Shown: one piece after another, positions 46,049 to 61,676 of the stretch | Layout: each line of letters starts with the position of its first letter | How positions within the stretch are numbered: position 1 is the stretch's first letter | Source of the DNA: Zootoca vivipara | Lineage: Eukaryota | Direction of reading: 5' to 3' | Assembly: GCF_963506605.1 (NCBI RefSeq) | Contig: NC_083288.1 | Coordinates: 53,258,001-53,322,000 of the forward strand | Length of the DNA: 64,000 bases | Made by a program: the position numbers and the translations under genes | The notes under the pieces: generated by a model | The model's database searches: none | Told to the model about the DNA's origin: nothing | What the model saw: the letters and a program-made list of their open reading frames with translations, nothing else

Positions 46049-46066
46049 CAGCGCCCTCTGCTGGCA
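46049..46066 (-). promoter_or_regulatory. CTCF core motif between the convergent C17orf114 and PSMB6 3' ends
   Basis: Minus strand TGCCAGCAGAGGGCGCTG; motif only. Confidence 0.6.
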
Positions 46067-46109
46067 CATGGGAGGGCACAGGGAGAGCAGGGCGCTGTGC
46101 TCTTAAGAG

Positions 46110-46485
46110 CAGGGGTCCCCAGACTACGGCCCGGGGGCCGGATGCGGCCCAATTAGCATGCCAATCCGGCCCACGACGACCCCCGCCGCCCGCCGCTGCC
46201 GCCCGCTCTTACGGTGCGCAGCGCGGCAGCGCTCTTCCGGGTTGGGAAAAAAGCGCCGAAAATCCTTTGTGCGCATGCGTATGGGCCTCTCCCGACCCGG
46301 AAGAAGTCATTTCTAGTGCACTTCCGGGTCGGGGGAGGCCCACGCGCATGCGCACAACGGATTTTCAGCGCTTTTCCCACCCTGGAAGCGCGCCGCCGCG
46401 CCAGTAAGCGCCCCCACCCGCCGGCCCGCCGCGCGATCGGCGCGGTGGGAACCGGCCCAAACACCGGTAAGTCTGGGGACCCCTG
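46110..46485. mobile_element. Non-autonomous hAT element (376 bp) with an internal 180-bp palindrome
   Basis: TIRs CAGGGGTCCCCAGACT ... AGTCTGGGGACCCCTG; perfect 8-bp TSD CTTAAGAG at 46102-46109 and 46486-46493. Confidence 0.92.
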
Positions 46486-47239
46486 CTTAAGAGGGTTCCT
46501 GTGCCAGGAGCCTCAAAGGGACAGAGAAAGGTCCAGGAATTCATAAAGACGTGAGGCAGGGATCAAGGCCCATCAAGTCCAACATCCTGTTCTCACAAAG
46601 CCATCCAGGTTGGTGGCCGCCCCTGCCTCCTGTGGGAGGGAGTTCCACAGTTTAACTATGCCACAAAACTACGAGTCCCGGGCAGATCAAACCGGAGAGT
46701 CAGTGGGGTGAGGTCCTGGAAGAGACCAGGGTTCATATCTGGCGCCCCCCGGCAGATGGACGGGGCACAAATAATAAAAACTATTATTATTAATCCTCCC
46801 CCCCCCGCTGGGCCCTGAAGCTGCCTGGGTGCCAGTAACAATGCCTCTCGGCCCAACCTACCTCGCAGGCTCGTCGTGGGGATGGTTATATATTTATTTC
46901 TACCCTGCCTTCCCCCCAACAAGACTCGAGGCAGCTTGAAAACGCTGAAAATATAGAAAACGTGTGCATTATTGAAGGAGCAGAGAGCGAGCCACGTACG
47001 CTACCTTGAGCTCCTTGCAGGTAAAAAGTGGGATATAAACGCAACGATGATTCTGACCCCCGATTCTTTCCCAATAAAACCTGGGCATTGAGAGGAACCA
47101 TCAAAGGCGCTTTGTTTTCGACTCCCACATTTTAATGCCGCATCAAACCAATCTGACAGCAGAACAAAATATAGACTCCCCGAACCCCCCCGCTTCCTGC
47201 CAAAGGCCCGGCGCGTCTCCCCACCCCACCTGCCGCTTT

Positions 47240-52519
<5,280 letters not shown>

Positions 52520-53966
52520 CTTGGATCTGAGCTACGACACTGTCGCGAAACAGCCGAGCCATCGCGCGGGGCGCGCTTTGCGGGAGAATCGCGCACGTAG
52601 AGCTGCGAGCAGGGAAGGAGGGGCGGGATCTGCGGCCACTTTCCGGGTTCCGTAGCGCTTCCCCCTTCTCGCAGGGATGGGGTTTTCTCACGCCGCAGAG
52701 CTGTAAGTTGTAGAAGGGACGCCTGCGCCGATTTTCCGGGTTTTATTTATTCTCTCGTTTTACGTATTATAATGGTGTACCTCGGGGAGGATCATAGCAT
52801 AAACATGCACAAAGCATATAATAAAAACACGAGCGAAAGCGAAGCAACACGCGCTTCCAGAAAGGCACCCTAAAAGCAAAGGCTGTTTATAAGTCTATAT
52901 TTTATTGCACAGCTGCTGCTCCCAAAGGAGAAATTCAGAATTTCATTTTTCCTTCTCTTTGCACCCAGCCTTGAATGGGCACCCCCCAAAAAAACCCGCT
53001 GGCAGCCCAGAAAGGGCTTCCCCTGCTCTTCCTTCTCCTGTCCGGGGTCGCTTCTCCTCTGCTGCCTCTTGGGCCGGGATCCCTCCGCAGCTCCATCCGA
53101 ACTCCAGCAGCGGGGAGGGTGGGCCTGCACCGCAGGGTTGTTGTAAACCCCAGTGCTGATGGGCATCGCCATTCCAATTAGTATGCGTGCAACGTGTTCT
53201 GTGGTCGACTATGCGATGCGGGTCTTAACTGGGTCCCCCAACGTTTTATTCAAGTTGGCCCCCCTGATGGTACAACACGGCAGGGCTGTCGTTCGCTGTC
53301 CGCTCATCTTGCCTCCTGACACGCATTTTATTAAGAGCGCACGAAGCTGCAGGACTCGCTCCCAGCCCCCTCCAACCTTCAATTGGGGGGGTGACTCTTT
53401 GTATCGAGATTTGCACTCCCTCTCCCTTTTGCAGGAGGACCCCACTTTGAGCAGCAGTTCCCCACCCCCAACTGAAAATGGCATCTCGGAGGAAGTTTTA
53501 GGAAATCGGGCGCATCACTCTTCACTTTCCTACTTCTGAGGTTCACCCTGGCCTCCTCCCGACCATAGACCTTTTCTCATGAAGTCCTAGAAGAGCATTT
53601 CCTTACGTTTCCCCCTCCCTTTGAGGCTATTTCCTGTTTTCGTCACGGAAGGGCGGAAGTGGGCGCTAGAGCTGCCCGTACGAGGCAAGAGGCGGCTTTC
53701 TGCGCAGGCTCCGCTCGGAGTAAACGGCTTGAGATGACCCCATTCATTTCATTGGGTCTACTCTGAGTAAACAATAGTTGCATACCAGCCCTGGAAGGGC
53801 ACCAGGTTGTGGGGAAGAGTCCAGCAGACCCTTTGCTTGGAAATTAAACAAAGGGTGTGCTGGTTTCTCTTTAAGGTTTCCAGACTCAGAAGAGAGCAGG
53901 GCAATTAAAGGCACAGAAGTCCTGTCCTCTATTGAGTCTGGCAACCCTAGGAGATGATGTTCCAAC

Positions 53967-54795
53967 TCATAGAATCATAGAGTTGGAAGAGACCACAAGG
54001 GCCATCCAGTCCAACCCCCTGCCAAGCAGGAAACACCATCAAAGCATTCTTGACATATGTCTGTCAAGCCTCTGCTTAAAGACCTCCAAAGAGGGAGACC
54101 CCACCACCACACTCCTTGGTAGCAAATTCCACTGCCGAACAGCTCTTACTGTCAGAAAGTTCTTCCTAATGTTGAGGTGGAATCTTCTTTCTTGTAGTTT
54201 GAATCCATTGCTCCGTTTCCGCTTCTCTGGAGCAGCTTTCTCCCTCCTCCATATGACATCCTTTCATATATTTGAACATGGCTATCATATCACCCCTTAA
54301 CCTTCTCTTCTCCAGGCTAAACATACCCAGCTCCCTAAGCCGTTCCTCATAAGGCATCGTTTCCAGGCCTTTGACCATTTTGGTTGCCCTCTTCTGGACA
54401 CATTCCAGCTTGTCAGTATCCTTCTTGAACTGGGGTGCCCAGAACTGGACACAGTACTCCAGGTGAGGTCTGACCAGAGCAGAATACAGTGGTACTATTA
54501 CTTCCCTAGATCTAGATGCTATACTCCTATTGATGCAGCCCAGAATTGCATTGGCTTTTTTAGCTGCTGCATCACACTGCTGACTCATGTCAAGTTTGTG
54601 GTCTACCAGGACTCCTAGATCCTTTTCACATGTACTGCTCTCAAGCCAGGTGTCTCCCATCCTATATTTGTGCCTTTCATTTTTTTTGCCCAAGTGTAGT
54701 ACTTTACATTTCTCCTTGTTAAAATTCATCTTGTTTGCTTTGGCCCAGTTGTCTAATCTGTTAAGGTCATTTTGAAGTGTGATCCTGTCCTCTGG
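53967..54795 (-). mobile_element. 5'-truncated CR1 LINE (ORF2 RT C-terminus + 3' UTR)
   Basis: ORF 54166-54843 encodes [47 protein letters not shown]; terminal (ATTCTATG)-type repeat at 53967. Confidence 0.95.
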
Positions 54796-55379
54796 ATCTT
54801 GTTTGCTTTCCTGATAATTAAAACAACTCTGAGCGCTGCACAACAGCCCTGCAATGTAGGCCAGTGCAATTTTTCATGGAGTGGGAGGAATCCTGAAGGT
54901 CCTCTAGTCCAGCCCCTGCAAGGCAGGAGTCGCAACAAACAGGTTCCCATCCAATTTGAAACTCGGCTGCACCCTGCTTAGCTTTGCAAGTGTACCAGCA
55001 GCTTTAGTGCTCCTCCACCACAGTCCAATTGACTTTAAAACCCTGCTTTAAAATGGAGGGGTGGGATTCATCCCTGCACCCCTGTCCCTTGCCCTTGTTG
55101 CCAGGGGCTGCATAACCTCCAACACCTTGAGGACCAAAATCAGGACTCGTATTTTTATGGCCAGAGTTTTTGTGTGAAAGGGGGAAAAAATACTCGTCTT
55201 TGTTCCGGCGCTCTGACGCAACTCACCAAACTCGTGCCAGAGCACTAGAATGAAAAAGGAGTGTGTTTCGGTCCAGACCAAAAACGCTGGACGTTCTGGG
55301 ATCACGTCAGAAGCTGAGTTTGGCTTCTGTAATTCCAGAATGTCCCGCTTAAAATGGGGCAGTTGAGTGGTGGTCAGAA

Positions 55380-55660
55380 TCTCCTTTCTTGCAATTTGAA
55401 GCCCTGAGTTCGAGCCTTACCCCCCAGAGCAGGAGAAAACAAGCTTGCTCCATCCTCCATGGGATAGTCATTTGAGATATTTAAAGATGGCTATCATCAT
55501 CTCTCCTTTCAGTCTCCTCTTTTCCAGGCTAAACATCCCCAGCTCCTTCAACCGTTCCTCATCAGGCTTGGCTTCCAGACCCTTGATCATCTTGGTTGCC
55601 CTCCTCTGCACCCGTTCCTGCTTGTCAGTCTCCTTAAACTGTGGCACCCAGACCAGACAC
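55380..55660 (-). mobile_element. CR1 ORF2 fragment
   Basis: Encodes ERVQRRATKMIKGLE...[14 protein letters not shown]. Confidence 0.85.
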
Positions 55661-55897
55661 CAGATTCTGGGTGGGGTCCGACACGAACCAGCCTTTAACC
55701 CCCCCCCTCCAAAAAAGACACCTGTGCCATGGCTACCTGCCTGGGTAGTTCCTGGAGTGGAGAGCATTGCTGAGCTGGCTTGCCCCCCTCCCTCTCCCCA
55801 GAGGTTAAGAGAGGGGAGGAATTATTCAATGGCCGCTTTAATAATACAGTAGCAAAAAATGTACACCCCCAAAGAGAGAGACCCAACCCAAGGGCTG

Positions 55898-58800
55898 TCA
55901 AGGGTCCCCCCGAGAGCCACACCCCCCGCGTGGCATGAAGAGGAAGAGTCCCAGAAGGACAGAGAGGGCAACGAGCAGAGCCACAGCAAGGACTACGTAG
56001 ACGCCCGTGGTGACGGCGAAGGCGAAGAGGAAGATGGTGCGCTGGCAGAAGGTGGGGTGGCCGGCTGGGTCGTAGTTGGGGGGGTAGATGGTGTAGACCC
56101 ACACGTTGCCTGTTGGAAGGGGGGAGAATGGGAGGCAGGGTTAAAATGGGGCGGGGAGGCGCAGACAGGCACCCAGCTCAAGGACACGTAGGAAAGTCAG
56201 ACCTCAATACAAATCACAGAATTGTAGAGCCTGAAGGGACCCCCAAGGGCCATCTAGACCAACCCCCTGGTAAGGCGGGAAAAGAAGGGCCTTTCCCAGC
56301 CTCTCTGCCTCCACCCCTGGAGGTTTTGGTGGGGGGTGAACAAGGGACTTGGATAGGGGTCCCCTCGCTGACCTGCAGCTCTTCCCCAGATCCTTTTCTG
56401 CAGTGCTGCCCCCCCTCCCCCAGCCCAGGCATCTGCAAATACGATGGCACCAAGACGAAGCCCCTTGCGCCCCTTTCAGGCAGGGAAGCACCCGCCTGCC
56501 TGTCCACCCGAGGCAAACCCACAATTCATTTGTGGGAGTTCCATCGAACCCCCTTTTGAAGACCCCTGTTTCGAATGGTTCATGGAGTCAGAAGGGGGTA
56601 CCCAAAGGCCATCCATCCCAACCCGGCAGGAAGCGGGAAGCGCAGCATAGGCATCCTTAGACACAAACCCCTGCTTAGAAACCTCCAGGGAAGGAGAGAT
56701 GGAAAGGCCCGGGCTCCCTTTTATGGGGAGAGGGCAGGTTTCCGCCCCACCACCGTGCCAGGTTTGTGGGGAAGAGGCAGGCGGGGAGACTCACCTGCCA
56801 GGAACCAGATGCAGAGGAAGAGGCAGCAGGCGGCCCGGAAGCGCTGGGCCCAGGGGTTGGGCCGGTCCGTGCCATCCCCACAGGGCAGGCAGCTGAGGAG
56901 CAGCAGCAGAAGGACAACCGCACTCAGGACGATCAGGTAGATGGGGATGAGAGGCTGCTGGGGGCACTGGCCGAGGTAGACTGCTCCTGCAGGTGGAGGC
57001 ACAGCGGGAGAGGCTCAGCACCCAGGAACTCCGGACTCTTCCTCTTCCTCCTGGCCACAGATGTGGGACCCTTCCCCCCACTGCCACTGCCGCTTCCCAG
57101 TGCTCAGAGTTGGAAGGGACCCCCGAGGGACCCCCAGTCCAAGGAATCGCAGCTGCCGACTGCCCTTCGGCTGCAGCCCACTGCCAGGGTGGGGAGCCAG
57201 AAGGAGGCGCCCCACCCCAAACGGCAACCCCAAGAGGCAGCGTGGCTTAGTGGTTGGAGTGCCTGACTAGGGCCTGGGAGAGACCAGGGTTCAAATCCCT
57301 CTGCTCAACCACGTAGCTCGCTAGGTGTGACATTGGGGGTGAGGGTGGGGTCTGCCTCGCAGGGTCGTTGTGGGGATTAAACGAGGAGGGTAGAGAACCT
57401 CGTATCCCATCTTGAGCATAAATAAAACAAATACAATCCTATCTTGGCAGCAGCAGCAGCAGGAGGAGGAAGACTCACACTCGACTCCAGGATGTTTGCC
57501 AAAGAATCAGAGTTGTGGGAAGAGCTAGAAGCCATGCAGGCCACATGCAAAACTCCAACCAACTAACTGAACAGCCACCGATCAGGGATTTTTCCGTTTG
57601 GGATTCCTTTATTGCAGGGGGTTGGACTAGATGACCCCTGGGGCTCCCTCCCTAGCCTGGCCATAGACCAGGCAGTGAGTGTTTCTGGATGAGCCTCTTA
57701 AAATGGCACCGGGCCACTGCCCAGAGCTTCCTTGAGCTGAGCTGGAGCTGGGTGCGAAACACCTCCCTCGCTTTGAGCTCAAAGTTTCCCTGCTCTTATC
57801 GCTTTCAAGGCCGTTTCCTGCGGTTGCATCTGTATTTGCAATTCTGAGTTGTCAGAGATTGCAAGATAGCTATTGATTTCCTGATGAATTAGTTACCGCA
57901 CATCGGTGGTAGGGGAAGGCTTCTGCATGCTGCGGAAAAATAATACAAACTGTGGAAAAAACAACCATATATCTATACCCGTGCATAAAATCTGTTTAAA
58001 ACATTACAGATAATAAAAAACAGCATAGCACCAGCCTTTTCTTTAAAAGCAGCCTGTTCCCCAAAGCCTGTTGGAACAAGGAAATCTACAGTCATGCTTC
58101 TCCAGGGAGAGAGTGGCCAAATCATGGAACTGCAGAACTGGAAGGGACCCCCGAGGGTCATCCAGCCCAACCCCCGCCTGCAATGCAGGAATCTTTTGCC
58201 CAAGGTGGGACTCGAACCCACGGCCCCGAGACAGAGAGCAGTTAGAGGTATAAACACTTTGTGCTGCAAATTCCCTTGCCCTGCAATACTCTCTTGCTGA
58301 ATCGGACCGGGTTAATATCGCCTTCCTTAGTGGGTCGTGCAAGCAGCTATTCAGAATACAGTAATTTCTAGAACCAAAGGGGGAGGCAGGGGCTCTAAAA
58401 AAAGACTTGGGGAATCACTGCTCTAGTCAGTAGCAATGCATTAGCAGGTTAATTCACTGGTGCAGAGACAGGCAGGCAGGCAGAGATCGAGTCTCTGCAA
58501 AAGGAGAACATTGCACATTATTTTAACTGACTCACCTACAACAATGCCAGCGATGGTCGGGGCAGCGAACAGGATCTTCGCCAGAACTGAAAGGAAGCAA
58601 AAATTATGAAATAAGATATCTGCAGTATCACCATTAATGGTGATAAAAATTTTTTGAAACGGCTTTGAAGCAACAAGATCCAAATTAGAAACAGAATTGT
58701 TAGCTGACGAAAGAAAAACACTCTCAGAAATGTATAAACTATTGTTAGAATGGCATGCCAAGTGAAAATGGTCATGATCAGATGGGCGCTAGATATTAGA

Positions 58801-60076
58801 TATAATATTCAATTAGAGGCTTGGGGAAAGTTATGGCAAGGAAGGAATTGACCTCACTGCCTGCGCCACATTCAAAGAGAATATTATGAAAATGATGTAT
58901 AGATGGTATTTAACACCAGCAAAACTACCGTAGCTGAAATGTATAAATTTAAAAATAAGGATTGTTGGAAATGTAAAGAAAAAGAAGGGATTTTTTTTTT
59001 ATCACATGTGGTGGAAAGCTTATCCTGGGATATGATACATAATGAGTTAAAGAAAATGTATAAAAGTACGTTTGTTAAGAAACCAGAAGCATTTTTCCTA
59101 GGAATAATAGGGGAAGAGATTCCCAAAAAAGATCAAAGATTGTTTAGGCATGCAACAGCAACAGGACAGACGAAGATGAACATTGGCAGGACTCAATTAA
59201 GAAGGCTTGTAATGTTCAGATATATACCTTTTTACATATTGGTTATAAGCATGATATTTGGTCGAATTTAAAGTAAGGAGGAAGATGTATAAATGCCAAG
59301 AGATAAAAAACGATTAAGGAAACCATGAGTTGGGATGGGAGGAGGCCGGCAGTTCATTTGAACAAATATTACGAATATGCGATTGTGTTTTAATAATATA
59401 AAATGGAAAACGAACAAATTATTTTAAGAAAAATTAAAAATGAAGGGGGAAAAACCACCACCATCATCATTGCTACAGAGGCTCTGCATGACCTGCAATT
59501 CCCACACTATTAATTACTATTAATTATTAAATTTATTAGCCTTTTTCTTCCTGTTGTTCCGGCAAAGCAACTCAAAGCAGCTTACAATAATTTTATGCAA
59601 AAGAATATGTACATTAGAAAATGTGGCAGCTGGGGGGGGGGGGGGAGGGAGCAGGAACTTAAAACACATTTTTATTCTTTCAAAGCTAATTAATACACCA
59701 CAGCCAGGCCAGAGTCAAAGGCCAAAGACCCGATGGGGAAAAAGGGGATGTTTTTGCCTGGCGAGCTCCTCTGGGGAGAGACTTCCTCAAGTGGGGAGCC
59801 ACCCCTGAAAAGGCCCCGTTCTCGTGCTGCGCCCTCCAGACCTCCTGTGGATGCAGGGAGCAGGGACCAGGGAGAAGGACCTTGGATGAAGGTCGCAGCT
59901 CATAGACGCATCGCAGGGGGTGGGCTAGATGACCCCTGGGTGTCCCTTCCAACTCAACAATGGTCAAAGTTGGGAAGGGAAGACTCACCCATCAGGACGG
60001 AGTGGACCGTGGACTCCTCTGTGGCCGCCAAGAGGGCCGACTGGCTGCCCTCCAGCAGTGGTCCCCCCTCAGACAT
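55898..60076 (-). CDS. TMEM272-like multi-pass membrane protein, 4 coding exons, 543 nt / 180 aa
   Basis: Exons 59989-60076, 58536-58586, 56795-56986, 55898-56109; three phase-1 GT-AG introns; ACC-ATG start; ATTAAA (-) at about 55837. Family motifs G.vYL..CP.QPLIPIYLIV, LFL.IWFLAGNVWVY.IY.P and C...IFLFA as in TMEM272; about four hydrophobic segments. Treated as a paralogue, so no symbol is given. Confidence 0.88.
58600..59440 (+). mobile_element. Degraded L1/Tx1-type LINE ORF2 3' fragment in the first coding intron of the TMEM272-like gene
   Basis: AT-rich; encodes fragments KMMYRWYLTP and CWKCKEKEG..H.W (L1 C-terminal zinc knuckle) with frameshifts. Confidence 0.75.
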
Positions 60077-60777
60077 GGTGCCAACAGAAGCTGTGAGCCT
60101 AGAAAAAAACAACAACCCCAAGCTTTAAGTACCCTTTGCTTCTCTCTTAGGGGCTGCTGGGACCAGGTGTGGCCTGGCCTCACCTGCACCTGGGAAAGAG
60201 CTGATTGCGCTGTTGCCCTTGCAGGATGAGGCCCTGACGTCCTGCCTGCATTCAAGGGAAGGGAGGGGCAGGTGAGCCTGGTATTCCCAGGTGCCGGCCC
60301 TGGGGCCAAATGCGCGCCCCGCCCTGGAGTGGGGCTCATGGGTGCCGGGGGGAGCTTGGTCAGGGGCGTGCACTCTGCACATGCTCAGATGGCACCTGGT
60401 CTTCCTAAGAATATAAGGAGACCCTTGAGCTGGATCTGGTCAAATGGCCTCTCTAGTCCAGAATCCTGTTCTCACAGGGGCCAGCCGGGTGTCCGTTAGG
60501 GGAAACCTAAAAGCAGGGCACGAGCAACTCTCTCCTGCAGTTTACGACAACTGGGATTCAGACTCCATTGATTGCCCTCTCCTCCTCTGTGCATTTGTCT
60601 ATTCCTCTATTAAAGCCATCCAGATTGGTGGCTGTTGCTGCCTCCTGTGGGAGTGAGTTCCGTAGGCTATGTGCCACGTGGAGGGCTTGATTTTATCTGC
60701 ACTGCATCTTCCCACATTCAGCTTCCTGGGATGTTCATGAGTTCCCGTGTTAGCCAGGTGCTGCCGCTATCCAAACA

Positions 60778-61012
60778 CAATAATAATAATAATAATAATA
60801 ATTAATTTATTATTTATACCCCACCCATCTGGCTGGGTTTCCTCAACCACTCTGAGCGGCTTCGGACAAAATATTAAAATGCAATAGTCCTTCAGATAGG
60901 ATAAGCTTCCCTAAACAGGGCTGCCTTCAGATGTCTTCTAAAAGTCTGGTAGGTGTTTTTTCCTTTGGCATCTGGTGGGAGGACGGTTCCACAGGGCGGG
61001 CGCCACCACCGA
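60778..61012 (-). mobile_element. L2-type LINE 3' fragment
   Basis: Homologous to 47668-48050; shorter tail-only copies at about 29290-29368 and 38005-38095. Confidence 0.8.
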
Positions 61013-61540
61013 GTGCGAGTTCCTTCAGCCGCGGGGCGAATGCACTCTGCACATGCACAGGTGGCACTCAGTCTTCCTAATGCACCCTAGGCGTGCACAA
61101 CACAGACCCCGGGCCCTTGTTCCAGGCCAAGCTCTGTGGTGGGTGGGGGGCTCCTGCTGTCCTGGCAAGCTTTTTGGGGTGGGCCTCTGGGCTCCTTGAC
61201 CCTGACCTCCCCTCTTTCCACACCCAGGGAGAGGGACCGGTTCCCTGCAGAGGATTGGCAGGCCCAGTCTAAGGTGCACCATAGACCTGGCTGGCTCCCA
61301 CTTGGACGGCTCCCACTTGGGCTAGGACCTGGGGGAGAGCAGGGTTCAAATCCCACCCCCTCAGCAGCTCCTGGGGTGATCTTGGTGGGTGGTTGCTGAC
61401 TCTCGGCCTACCCTACCTCGCAGGGTTGTTGTGAGCGTAAACGGGAGAGCTGGGGAACCACGTGGGCCACTTTGGGGGGAACTGGTGGGGTGCAAACGTG
61501 TTAAATAAATCATACGATTGTAGGGTTGGAATGTCTAGTC

Positions 61541-61676
61541 CAGGCATCCCCAAACGTCGGCCCTCCAGATGTTTTGGCCTACAATTCCCATGATCCCTCG
61601 CTAACAGGACCAGTGGTCGGGGAAGATGGGAATTGTAGTCCAAAACATCTGGAGGGCCGAAGTTTGGGGATGCCTG
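61541..61676. mobile_element. About 136-bp hAT MITE nested inside a CR1-tail repeat
   Basis: TIRs CAGGCATCCCCAAAC; TSD GTCTAGTC / GTCTAATC; the two flanks rejoin as a CR1-tail copy. Confidence 0.88.

Noticed and set aside
53157-53270. TGATGG...CTGA as a possible C/D-box snoRNA
   Set aside because: Imperfect C box, no terminal stem, no recognisable rRNA guide, and not in a known intron.
57479-57524. AG...GTGAGT-bounded segment in a TMEM272-like intron
   Set aside because: 46 nt would shift the frame, and the protein is complete without it.
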